Shown here piece after piece: positions 9,083-18,055 of a stretch of 36,106 nt of DNA (position 1 is its first letter; each line of letters opens with the position of its first letter). The notes under the pieces were generated by a model. It was given only the letters and a program-made list of their open reading frames with translations, made no database searches and was not told the origin of the DNA. The position numbers were made by a program, and so were the translations under genes. Origin of the DNA: Solobacterium sp. (GTDB taxonomy: Bacteria > Bacillota_I > Bacilli_A > Erysipelotrichales > Erysipelotrichaceae); assembly GCA_017514525.1 (NCBI GenBank), contig JAFWJY010000122.1, positions 1 to 36,106 of the forward strand. Reading direction: 5' to 3'.

Positions 9083-11491
9083 TTAAGACATGATGTATTC
9101 GATCTCAGTTTCTTCCGTTAATAACGTCTCTGGAATGTAATTATCCGTCAATTCCGTTCCGTTTACGATCAGCTTCTGGAATCCACTCTCTGCGTGATTT
9201 GGATTCTTTACGGTTATATGCAAATGAGAACCTCTGAATTCCTTCTTCATTTCGAAGCCGTCCCAATCTGATGGGATTGCCGGCGCAAGTCTTAATCCCT
9301 TAAGATCCGGACGCAATCCAAGAATACCTTCTACACAGCCTACCATTACCGTAGAAGCGGTTCCTGTCAGCCAGTGTACATGCGATCTTCCAAAGTGAGG
9401 GGAATCCTTGCCTTCTGTGAACTGCCCATAACAATACGGTTCCAGATGGCGAATCTCTGCTTTGTCATTCTGGGCAGACGGCGCATTTTCCAGGAAGTAT
9501 TCAAAAGCACGGTTCCCATGTCCGCGTAACGCTTCGGCAAGAATGATCCATCCCTGGGGCTGTGAGAAAATACCGCTGTTTTCTTTTGTGCCAGGGTTAT
9601 AGATAACCGCCAATGCACCATCAAACGCATGGGCATGGTAGGGCGGCGTCATCAGCATGACACCGTAATCGGTATTCAGCAGTTTATGTACATTCTCCAG
9701 TGCAATGTCTGCTTCCTCGTCTGTTGCCAGTGTACTGATGACTGCCCAGCTCTGCGGGTTCAGCCACATATTGGCTTCCGGATCATTCCGTTCGCCAATG
9801 ACCTCACCATCTTCCTTGAACCCTCGGATAAACCTATCTTCATTCCAGCACAGCTTGCGGAAGGAGGCACCTGTTTCTTTAATCTTCTGATCCAGGAAGG
9901 CTATCGCCTCTGCATCCTGCTTCAGCTCGGCAAAGCGGCGCTGAATGACAAGGGCATAATAGAACTGCATTGCCACAAAAGAAGACTCTCCTTCCTTTCC
10001 AAGCCGCAGGCAGTCATTCCAGTCAGCGTATAATCCTGCAGGCATGCCATGCGGGCCTAAACGATCCAGAGAAAACTGGATAGCGCGCCGCAGATGTTCA
10101 TATACCGTTCCTTCGTCTTTATCCGCAAACGGAATCACTTCATCCAGGAAGGCTACATCACCGCTTTCCGCAACATACTTATAAACCGTTGGGAACAGCC
10201 ATAATGCGTCATCCGCACGATAAGCCGGATGACCGGTTTCTCTGACATAGCTGTCGTCCTCCGGGGTGTCTTCATGGCCTGGATTATGCGTAAATTTTAC
10301 AAGCGGCAGTCCTCCGCCATGATGCACCTGCGCTGACAACATGAATTTCAGGCGATCTTTGGCAAGCGATGGATTGAGATGAATGATTCCCTGAATATCC
10401 TGTACCGTATCACGATACCCATATCCGTTACGCAATCCGCAGTATACAAAAGACGCTGCGCGTGACCAGATCACTGTCATATAACAGTTATAGGCATTCC
10501 AGATGTTGATCATCGTATTGAATTCTTCGGATGGCGTCTTTACCTGCAGTGCCGCAAAGCGGGAGGTCCAGAGAGCCTTCAGTTCTTTCAGCTGCGCATC
10601 CACTGTCTGCTGGGGATTGGCATATTCCGCCAGGATTGCGTCTGCTTCAGCGGCATCCTTGCGTCCCACAACAAACGCAATTGCCCTGGATTCTTTTGGT
10701 TGCAGCTCCAGAACTGCGGAAAGTGCTCCGCATCCGTATTCATTGTAGTTTGGAACATTGCCAAGATCACCGCGCTCAACACCAATCGGATTTCCATATT
10801 TCCGATAACTGCCCAGGAACGCTTCCTTATCTCCGCACCAGGAAGATACCGGCGCGCCTGCCAGTCCGATAAACCGTTCTTCAATGGAATCACCTGTTCC
10901 GGCACGTTCTGTATCCATCAGGTTCGGGTGCACCTGATGCATGACCTTGTTTGCGGAGAAAACAGTGCGTGTTATAAAACGGCTGTACTGCAGATTGACA
11001 AGATCCTGCTCGTACTCGCTGTTATTGGTGAATTCCGCATATGCAGTAGCAGTAAGGGAACGTGGCCTGTCTTCCGTATTGGTCACATTCAGATACCAGA
11101 CTTCATATGCCGCACCTGCCGGCACATAGTAAACTGCCTCCGAATGAATACCCGCATAGTCTGTAATCATCCGGGTATAGCCCTGCCCATGCCGTACTTC
11201 TGTCCGGTATTCCTTCAGATCTTTTCCAACCGGCTGCCAGGATTGGGACCAGTAATCATGGGATTCATTATCCCGCAGGTACAGATACCTGCCCGGTTCA
11301 TCAAAGGAATTGAAATTATAACGAAGGATTCTTCCTTTAGCACCAGACCTTACAAAGCTGTATCCGCCGGCATTGCCGGAAATCAGCGCTCCGTATTCCG
11401 GAGACCCAAGGTAATTTGCCCAGGGAGCTGGTGTTGCAGGATTTGTAATTACATATTCCCGTTCTTTATCATCAAAATATCCGTATTTCAT
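9083..11491 (-). CDS. GH94 glycoside phosphorylase (cellodextrin or chitobiose phosphorylase type)
   Basis: MKYGYFDD..EYVIT.P.TPAPWANYLG start, GYGYRDTVQD, catalytic-acid motif DWNDCL, KENSGIF and WLTGTAS. Exact substrate cannot be resolved by eye. Confidence 0.9.
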   Translation of the reverse strand: MKYGYFDDKEREYVITNPATPAPWANYLGSPEYGALISGNAGGYSFVRSGAKGRILRYNFNSFDEPGRYLYLRDNESHDYWSQSWQPVGKDLKEYRTEVRHGQGYTRMITDYAGIHSEAVYYVPAGAAYEVWYLNVTNTEDRPRSLTATAYAEFTNNSEYEQDLVNLQYSRFITRTVFSANKVMHQVHPNLMDTERAGTGDSIEERFIGLAGAPVSSWCGDKEAFLGSYRKYGNPIGVERGDLGNVPNYNEYGCGALSAVLELQPKESRAIAFVVGRKDAAEADAILAEYANPQQTVDAQLKELKALWTSRFAALQVKTPSEEFNTMINIWNAYNCYMTVIWSRAASFVYCGLRNGYGYRDTVQDIQGIIHLNPSLAKDRLKFMLSAQVHHGGGLPLVKFTHNPGHEDTPEDDSYVRETGHPAYRADDALWLFPTVYKYVAESGDVAFLDEVIPFADKDEGTVYEHLRRAIQFSLDRLGPHGMPAGLYADWNDCLRLGKEGESSFVAMQFYYALVIQRRFAELKQDAEAIAFLDQKIKETGASFRKLCWNEDRFIRGFKEDGEVIGERNDPEANMWLNPQSWAVISTLATDEEADIALENVHKLLNTDYGVMLMTPPYHAHAFDGALAVIYNPGTKENSGIFSQPQGWIILAEALRGHGNRAFEYFLENAPSAQNDKAEIRHLEPYCYGQFTEGKDSPHFGRSHVHWLTGTASTVMVGCVEGILGLRPDLKGLRLAPAIPSDWDGFEMKKEFRGSHLHITVKNPNHAESGFQKLIVNGTELTDNYIPETLLTEETEIEYIMS

Positions 11492-11535
11492 ATATCCCTC
11501 CGATTGTGATATCCGCTTTCATTGTAATATTTCTG

Positions 11536-12036
11536 TCACCATTCTGTTTGGGAATTTGGAAGAACCAGCGTACGCAGATCTGAAAACGCAATCGCTTCTC
11601 CTTCTTCCGTGATCAGCCGCTGATGAAGTTCATCGATTTTTCGGATTCTTGCCCGTATTTCCCGATAACATCCACCTGCTTTATCCGGATCCGGCTCAAA
11701 TCGCTCCAGAACAACTTCCGGCATCGTCTGAATCGTCCGCCGCACTTCCTGAAGCCCGGCTTCCAGCGCTTCCATCTCTTCACTGGACAGTTCCACCCGC
11801 TGCTCCGTATAACGGCCTTCGACTGCTATTTCCGTTTCAAAGCCGGTGAGCGCCGCAAACGGCAGAAACTGTGCAGCGCGGTTGTGAGATGGATTCTGTT
11901 TTCTGCCTGTATGATCCGGTCGTTTCGCATACAGAATATCGCCGTATCGCTTTGCCACTGCTTCTTTGGCGTTCTGAAGCTCTTCGGAGCTGATGCCATA
12001 TACATTGTGCCAGGCATTTTTCGGTTTCTCACTCAT
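11536..12036 (-). CDS. YolD-like accessory protein of the Y-family polymerase
   Basis: RAAQFLPFAALTGF motif; ATGA overlap with the polymerase gene. Confidence 0.8.
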   Translation of the reverse strand: MSEKPKNAWHNVYGISSEELQNAKEAVAKRYGDILYAKRPDHTGRKQNPSHNRAAQFLPFAALTGFETEIAVEGRYTEQRVELSSEEMEALEAGLQEVRRTIQTMPEVVLERFEPDPDKAGGCYREIRARIRKIDELHQRLITEEGEAIAFSDLRTLVLPNSQTEW

Positions 12037-13538
12037 GCCTTATGGCCTCCAATCTGCTTGTTTCGTTCTCTGGCCGTAGCACCTTTTTCGTAGTTCATGC
12101 CTTTCAGTACTGCATTCTTTCCAAACTTTTCCTGCAGCGTCAGTACAGCCTCCCGCACTTTCCGCTCCTGCCGGAGATCCTCCTCCCGCTTATTCATCGC
12201 TTCCACCTGGCGGTCCAGATCACTGAACAGGTCCAGCTGTTCCACATGTTCAGGATGATACTCCGATTCTTTTCGCAGTCCGCCTGCCCCGATATTCACT
12301 CTGCGGATCAGCAGGTTTTTATCGGTAATCGACTCATAGAGATTCACCATCGCTTTGCCTATTTCATGAGCAGAATTGGTCGGCACCTTCATCTGCACAG
12401 ATCCTGTTGCGGAACGGGGCACCGTGCGGCCATACCAGTCCTTGGCAACTTCGCCTTCAAAAGAATTCTTAAGAAACGGATCATTCAGATTCGCAATATC
12501 GTAACCGATATATAACATGATGCTGTCGGAAATCATTCCCTTCTTCAAGAGATCATTCGCAAGCGCTTCTGACATTTCCTTGATGATCACTCTGCCTTTG
12601 TTATGCGGGTAGCCCTCAGGAAGAACCTGGCCGATACTGATGCTTTTATGATCCGGGGTGTAGTTCTTGATATCCCGAATCGTTGTTCTTTCTTCGCCAA
12701 AGGCATGATCGATCAGGTATTCCGCGTTCACCCCAAACAGATCATAGAACAGCCCTTCATTTTCAAGTGCTTTGCGGGCGATGTCTCCCATCGTATACAT
12801 ACCGGCCTCGTTCAGTCTGCGGGCAATCCCTTTGCCGATGCGCCAGAAATCGGTGAGCGGTTCATGCGCCCACAGCAGCTGCCGGTAGGACAGTTCATCC
12901 AGCTCGGCGATCCGCACACCATGCCGGTCTGCGGGAATATGCTTGGCAACAATATCCATCGCAACCTTCGCGAGATACATATTTGTCCCGATTCCGGCAG
13001 TTGCGGTTATACCTGTATCCTCCAGCACTTCATGAATCATCTTTTCACACAGCTCATATGCGCTCATGCCGTAGTACTTCAGATAGTCTGTCATATCGAT
13101 GAATACTTCATCGATGGAATAGACATAAATGTCCTCCGGGGCTATATACCGCAGGTATATTCCATAGATTTTCCGGCTGACTGCCATATATTCCGCCATC
13201 CGCGGTACGGCTGTCAGGAAATCCACTTCCAGTCCCGGATCACGGTCCAGCTCATCTTTATTTATACTTTTCCCATGGCTGCGATAGCCGCATTGACGAA
13301 GCCGTTTCCGGTTTACTTCTTTTACAATCTGCTTCACTTCAAACAGGCGTGCCCTGCCCGGAACTCCGAACGATTTCAGTGCCGGTGAAACCGCAAGACA
13401 AATGGTCTTGTCTGTACGAGATTCATCTGCCACAACAAGATTCACGTTTAAAGGATCCAGATACTTTGCCTGGCACTCCACCGATGCATAAAACGACTTC
13501 AAATCAATTGCGGCATAGACGCGCTGTTTCTCTGTCAT
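12033..13538 (-). CDS. Y-family (UmuC/UvrX-like) translesion DNA polymerase
   Basis: AIDLKSFYASVEC, YSIDEVFID, TAGIGTNMYLAKVAMD, WRIGKG, QLDLF clamp motif and C-terminal IGGHKA. Confidence 0.92.
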   Translation of the reverse strand: MTEKQRVYAAIDLKSFYASVECQAKYLDPLNVNLVVADESRTDKTICLAVSPALKSFGVPGRARLFEVKQIVKEVNRKRLRQCGYRSHGKSINKDELDRDPGLEVDFLTAVPRMAEYMAVSRKIYGIYLRYIAPEDIYVYSIDEVFIDMTDYLKYYGMSAYELCEKMIHEVLEDTGITATAGIGTNMYLAKVAMDIVAKHIPADRHGVRIAELDELSYRQLLWAHEPLTDFWRIGKGIARRLNEAGMYTMGDIARKALENEGLFYDLFGVNAEYLIDHAFGEERTTIRDIKNYTPDHKSISIGQVLPEGYPHNKGRVIIKEMSEALANDLLKKGMISDSIMLYIGYDIANLNDPFLKNSFEGEVAKDWYGRTVPRSATGSVQMKVPTNSAHEIGKAMVNLYESITDKNLLIRRVNIGAGGLRKESEYHPEHVEQLDLFSDLDRQVEAMNKREEDLRQERKVREAVLTLQEKFGKNAVLKGMNYEKGATARERNKQIGGHKA

Positions 13539-13660
13539 ATATCTGAAATCCTACCACATTCTGTCAGGACCCGTTTTCCCTCTGCCTTTCAGCAGTTCGA
13601 CATTTTTTCAAAAAAATGACCGGAAGTCATTGTGAAGGCCTTACCTTCATAACTATGCAA

Positions 13661-13669
13661 TGATACAAT
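13661..13669 (+). promoter_or_regulatory. Extended -10 for the acyl-CoA synthetase operon
   Basis: TGATACAAT 9 nt before ATG 13679; the gap (CCCTTTTGT) has no SD. Confidence 0.55.
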
Positions 13670-13678
13670 CCCTTTTGT

Positions 13679-15370
13679 ATGGAAAATTATAGTGAAGTAA
13701 GAGAACATCTTGATTATCCGAAACTGACGATGTTTCAGATGGTGGAGCGCATGGCTGATGCGTATCCAAATTACCCTGCCTATGAGTTCTATGGCAGAAA
13801 GACTACCTACAAACAGTTTGTAAACCGTATTGAGCGGGCAGCTCGTGCCTTCCGCGCTTCTGGCATCCGTCGCGGCGATGCAGTTACCATCTGCATGCCG
13901 AACACGCCGCAGGCGCTTGACTGCTTCTACGCCCTGAATCGTATCGGCGCAATCTGCAACATGGTTCACCCGCTGAGTGCACAGAAGGAAATTACCTTCT
14001 ATCTGGACTTCTCGGAAAGCCGCATGATCCTGACAATGGACATGTTCTACGAAAAAGTAGACGCGGCTGTTCAGGAAGCTGAAAACCCGGTAACCATTCT
14101 GACCGCAAGAATGCAGGATGAATTGCCGCTGTTCAAATCCATCGGTTTTGCCCTGACACAGGGTCGCAAGTCCCACAAGTATCCGAATACGGACAACGGT
14201 CTTCTCTGGACCTCCTTCCTGACCAAAGGCACACCGAACGTGAAGCTTCCGAAACCGGTCTATGATCCAAAAGCGACCGCCGCAATACTTTACAGCGGCG
14301 GAACCAGCGGAACGCCGAAAGGCATCTGTCTTTCCGACCAGAACTTCAATGCCACTGCACTTCAGGCTACTGAAGCGATTCAGCAGCCGTTAGGCCCTGG
14401 CGATACCATGTTGTCATGCATGCCGGTCTTCCACGGGTTCGGGCTTGGCATTAACATTCACACCGTTCTGATCAATGGTGCCTGCTGCATTCTCATGCCG
14501 ACATTCAATGGCAAAAGCTATGCGGACATGTTAATTAAGAAAAAGCCGAACTTCATTGCCGGCGTTCCAACCATTTTTGAGGCTTTGCTTCACATTGAAG
14601 AACTGAAGGATGCCGATCTTTCCTGCCTGAAGGGAATGTTCTGCGGCGGTGATGCGCTGAGTGTTGAACTCAAAAAGAAAGTAGACGCATTCCTGCATGA
14701 ACACAAGGCAACCATTCAGGTACGTGAGGGATATGGTCTGACCGAATGTGTTACCGCAAGCTGTCTGACACCGCGTGATACCTATCGTGAAAATTCCATT
14801 GGCCTTCCATTCCCGGATACGAAATACTGTATCGTGCGGACTGGTACAGATGAAGAACTTCCGCCGATGGAAGAAGGTGAAATCATTCTGAAAGGTCCTT
14901 CCGTCATGATCAAGTATCTGAAGAACCCGGAAGAAACTGCTCAGACGCTCCGGAAAATGCCGGATGGAGATACCTGGCTGTTTACCGGTGACCTTGGCTA
15001 CATGGATGCGGATGGATATGTATACTTCAAGCAGCGCATCAAGCGTATGATTATCACTAACGGATACAACGTTTATCCGGGGCAGATTGAAAATATCATC
15101 GACTCTGTTGATGAAGTCGCCTACAGCTGTGTCATTGGCGTCAAGGATCCGCGACGCATGCAGAAAGTAAAAGCCTATGTCGTATTAAAGCCAGGTTTTA
15201 CTGGTGATGATGCGATGAAGGAAAAAATTCTCAATACGCTTCATATGCATGTTTCAAAATATGCGATACCGCGTGAGATTGAATTCCGCAATGATCTGCC
15301 GAAGACACTGGTAGGAAAAGTTGCCTACCGAAAACTGGAGGAAGAAGCCAACGCACAGGTTGGAGAATAA
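13679..15370 (+). CDS. AMP-dependent acyl-CoA synthetase (long-chain fatty acid-CoA ligase family)
   Basis: YSGGTSGTPKG P-loop, EGYGLTE, WLFTGDLG, RIKRMII and LPKTLVGKV motifs. Confidence 0.92.
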   Translation: MENYSEVREHLDYPKLTMFQMVERMADAYPNYPAYEFYGRKTTYKQFVNRIERAARAFRASGIRRGDAVTICMPNTPQALDCFYALNRIGAICNMVHPLSAQKEITFYLDFSESRMILTMDMFYEKVDAAVQEAENPVTILTARMQDELPLFKSIGFALTQGRKSHKYPNTDNGLLWTSFLTKGTPNVKLPKPVYDPKATAAILYSGGTSGTPKGICLSDQNFNATALQATEAIQQPLGPGDTMLSCMPVFHGFGLGINIHTVLINGACCILMPTFNGKSYADMLIKKKPNFIAGVPTIFEALLHIEELKDADLSCLKGMFCGGDALSVELKKKVDAFLHEHKATIQVREGYGLTECVTASCLTPRDTYRENSIGLPFPDTKYCIVRTGTDEELPPMEEGEIILKGPSVMIKYLKNPEETAQTLRKMPDGDTWLFTGDLGYMDADGYVYFKQRIKRMIITNGYNVYPGQIENIIDSVDEVAYSCVIGVKDPRRMQKVKAYVVLKPGFTGDDAMKEKILNTLHMHVSKYAIPREIEFRNDLPKTLVGKVAYRKLEEEANAQVGE

Positions 15371-15382
15371 TGGAGATAAAAC

Positions 15383-16267
15383 ATGAGTGAGAAGCGGAAG
15401 CGCAGATGGGGCGATCGGAGGGATGGCTTCAAAATAAAAGCACCTGGACTACAGACAGTTATGACAGCGCTGATGCCAAACCGTACGGACCGTGAATGCT
15501 ATCTGAATGAAACGATTGATGTCACGGACCTGCTGAAGTACCTCGATGACATTAACGCCACCCACCCGGACTATAAGATCACGCTGTTTCACTGCTTTGT
15601 AATGGCTCTTACAAAAATGTTCCGTGAGCGGCCTTACATGAATCGCTTTATTCAGGGAGGTTCGATCTATGAACGATATGAAATCTCCTGTGCCTTTGTC
15701 GCAAAACGTCGGTTTGCCGATCAGGCAGAAGAAGCGCTGATGTTCATGGTTCCAAAAGAAACGGACACACTGGACGACATCGCGAAAAAGATCATCGGTG
15801 ATGTCAGGGAAACCAGAAAAAGCGAACATGCGACCGGTGGCGTCGATGAGCTGCTGGATAAGTTTGCGGCAATGCCGAAACTGCTGATGATGTTTCTGGT
15901 ATGGATCATCCGCTGTATGGATTTCTGGGGCGTCAATCCAAAATTCATTACGGATGGTGACCCGAACTACGCCAGCATCTTCCTGAGCAATCTTGGCAGT
16001 ATCAAATGCCCTGCGGTCTATCACCACCTCAACAACTACGGAACCAATTCCTGCATGATTACGATCGGTACGATTCATAAGGAAGAGCTGATCATGCCGG
16101 ATAACACCAAGGCAATCCGTGATGTTGTACAGATCGGTGCTACGATCGATGAAAGCATCGCTGACGGATTCTACTTTGCCCGCAGTCTGAAGCTGGTCAA
16201 ACATCTGTTTGCCCATCCGGAGCTGCTGGGACTCCCACTGGAAACACCTAGCAATTTTGAATACTGA
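15383..16267 (+). CDS. Stand-alone 2-oxoacid dehydrogenase E2-like acyltransferase catalytic domain
   Basis: IDVTDLL, SNLGSI and TIDESIADG (canonical DHRxxDG); no lipoyl or subunit-binding domain; GGAG SD. Confidence 0.75.
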   Translation: MSEKRKRRWGDRRDGFKIKAPGLQTVMTALMPNRTDRECYLNETIDVTDLLKYLDDINATHPDYKITLFHCFVMALTKMFRERPYMNRFIQGGSIYERYEISCAFVAKRRFADQAEEALMFMVPKETDTLDDIAKKIIGDVRETRKSEHATGGVDELLDKFAAMPKLLMMFLVWIIRCMDFWGVNPKFITDGDPNYASIFLSNLGSIKCPAVYHHLNNYGTNSCMITIGTIHKEELIMPDNTKAIRDVVQIGATIDESIADGFYFARSLKLVKHLFAHPELLGLPLETPSNFEY

Positions 16268-16293
16268 GCTGAACCATTGCGTTCAGCTTTTTT
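16267..16293 (+). terminator. Intrinsic terminator
   Basis: AGCTGAAC-N6-GTTCAGCT followed by T5. Confidence 0.8.
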
Positions 16294-16352
16294 ATCAGCG
16301 AGACTGACGCTTTATCGCATTCCCGTTTTGAACAGGAATGGCCTTATGAAAT

Positions 16353-16381
16353 AAAAAACGAGGAGGAATGCTTCCTCCCCG
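16353..16381 (-). terminator. Terminator after rubrerythrin
   Basis: GGAGGAA-N3-TTCCTCC stem with a T6 tract on the minus strand. Confidence 0.7.
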
Positions 16382-16391
16382 CAGCGTTTGC

Positions 16392-17048
16392 TTAATAGTT
16401 TTCTGCGTTTACTTCAAAGTAGGACTGTGGATGGTCGCATACCGGGCAGATATCCGGAGCCTTTGTGCCTACAACGATATGTCCGCAGTTTCTGCACTCC
16501 CAGACTTTTACTTCGCTCTTTGCGAATACTTCCTGCATCTCTACATTCTTCAGCAGTGCACGATAACGCTCTTCATGGTGCTTCTCGATTGCGCCGACTG
16601 CACGGAACTTCTTTGCGAGCTCCGGGAAGCCCTCTGCTTCAGCAGTCTTCGCAAACTCCTCGTACATATCAGTCCACTCATAGTTTTCACCATCCGCTGC
16701 AGCCGCAAGGTTGTCAGCTGTGGATCCGATTCCGTTGAGTTCCTTGAACCAGAGCTTTGCATGTTCTTTTTCATTGTCAGCGGTCTTCAGGAACAGTGCC
16801 GCAATCTGTTCAAAGCCTTCCTTTTTTGCCTTGGATGCGAAATACGTGTATTTGTTTCTTGCCTGGGATTCCCCCGCAAACGCAGCCTCAAGATTCTTTT
16901 CGGTCTGTGTTCCTGCGTACGGGTTTTTGCGCTCCGCTTTTACTTCTTCCAGCTTATCGCCAGTTGCCTTGCACAGCGGGCATACTGCGCTTTCAAGGCT
17001 TTCTGCTTCGAATACTTCTCCACAGACTTTACATTTGATTGTTGCCAT
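16392..17048 (-). CDS. rbr: Rubrerythrin with an extra N-terminal rubredoxin-like domain
   Basis: [18 protein letters not shown] and EKHH diiron ligands; C-terminal CRNC..CPVC and N-terminal CKVC..CPLC. Confidence 0.93.
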   Translation of the reverse strand: MATIKCKVCGEVFEAESLESAVCPLCKATGDKLEEVKAERKNPYAGTQTEKNLEAAFAGESQARNKYTYFASKAKKEGFEQIAALFLKTADNEKEHAKLWFKELNGIGSTADNLAAAADGENYEWTDMYEEFAKTAEAEGFPELAKKFRAVGAIEKHHEERYRALLKNVEMQEVFAKSEVKVWECRNCGHIVVGTKAPDICPVCDHPQSYFEVNAENY

Positions 17049-17080
17049 TTTTCTCCTCCTTCATAACAACGTTTCAGTGT

Positions 17081-17458
17081 TTACTTCTGATTGGTTTGTT
17101 TCCTGCATGCAGGACAGATGTATCGAATCTGCAGATCATAGGAGAGTATTGAATCCCTGATCTGCGACTGCAGCTGTTCCGTAAAGTCATCCAGAATGAT
17201 GTCGGTGAGATCACCGCACTTTGAGCAGACCAGATGATCATGGCGTGTTGCCCTGTCATACCGATCCGGATGGCCTTCTACGGTTACTTTCCGAATTTTA
17301 CCTTCCGCATGAAGATGATTGAGATTGTTGTAGATGGTTGCCAGTACAACACCCGGATACTGCTCCTTCATCCGCAGAAATATTTCTTCAGCCGTCAGAT
17401 GTTCATGTGATGTATTGATTAGTTCCAGTATCTCGTTTGCGTATCTCATGGTGGTCAC
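17081..17458 (-). CDS. Fur-family regulator, PerR-like
   Basis: HLTAEEIF, LATIYNNL, HDHLVCSKC and CPAC motifs; upstream of rbr behind a Per-type box. Start may be GTG 17458 or ATG 17449. Confidence 0.88.
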   Translation of the reverse strand: MTTMRYANEILELINTSHEHLTAEEIFLRMKEQYPGVVLATIYNNLNHLHAEGKIRKVTVEGHPDRYDRATRHDHLVCSKCGDLTDIILDDFTEQLQSQIRDSILSYDLQIRYICPACRKQTNQK

Positions 17459-17462
17459 TCAG

Positions 17463-17508
17463 AAATTAGAATCATTCTAATTTTAAATAATTAAACTACA
17501 GGTGTCAA
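17463..17508 (-). promoter_or_regulatory. Sigma-A promoter with overlapping Per/Fur box
   Basis: TTGACA (17508-17503), 17 bp, TAAAAT (17485-17480); perfect 10-1-10 palindrome AAATTAGAAT-C-ATTCTAATTT (17463-17483), similar to TTATAATNATTATAA. Confidence 0.88.
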
Positions 17509-17582
17509 CATTTTCGGATGTGGTTTTATTTAAAGTTCTGCGATGCGTGTTGTACAACCCAACCAACTGCAGAACGCAAGAC

Positions 17583-17605
17583 AAGAAAAAGAGCCCTTGG
17601 GCTCT
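17583..17605 (-). terminator. Terminator after the 103-aa gene
   Basis: AGAGCC-CAAG-GGCTCT followed by TTTTCTT. Confidence 0.7.
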
Positions 17606-17613
17606 CGTTTCTG

Positions 17614-17925
17614 TCAGTTATTACGGTAGTGATAGTAAAACATTTCCCGCGTTGTTGACTCTACTCCCTGCGAATAAATATGTCTCCATCCTTCATGCGG
17701 GAAGAGTACCTCATTCGCATAATTAATCGCACTTTGCGGACTGACTATCGCAAGTTCATTCATTTTCATTACCGCTTCCTGATATGTCACACCATTGATC
17801 GCATAGTTCTCCGGCATGGACCAGTCAGCCTGCGTAGTCTGTGGCCGCCGCGGTTTTCCTATTACTCCGCCGGAAATAAGATCCAGCTCATCATCACTGA
17901 TGATATTTTTCTTAGTATTTTCCAT
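17614..17925 (-). CDS. Small protein with double-glycine-type leader peptide
   Basis: MENTKKNIISDDELDLISGG leader; GGAGG SD; TATAAT at 17960-17955; own terminator. Confidence 0.75.
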   Translation of the reverse strand: MENTKKNIISDDELDLISGGVIGKPRRPQTTQADWSMPENYAINGVTYQEAVMKMNELAIVSPQSAINYANEVLFPHEGWRHIYSQGVESTTREMFYYHYRNN

Positions 17926-18016
17926 TTGAATATCCTCCGCTTTTCATTCATTTAATTATACGAAGCATTTTCCCATTTTCCATGTACGTTCTCAATCCAT
18001 CCGTTAAGACTCAATT

Positions 18017-18042
18017 AAAACCCTGCACCAACTGGTACAGGG
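18017..18042 (-). terminator. Terminator of the nrd operon
   Basis: CCCTGTACC-AGTT-GGTGCAGGG followed by TTTT. Confidence 0.7.
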
Positions 18043-18055
18043 CTGTTTTTGATTC

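Noticed and set aside
11508-11521. cre site before the GH94 gene (TGAAAGCGGATATC, minus strand)
   Set aside because: Only the left half fits the consensus; plausible but too weak to call.
13586-13600. SOS box upstream of the Y-family polymerase
   Set aside because: Only one half-site is present (CGAAC on the minus strand); the other half does not match GTTC.
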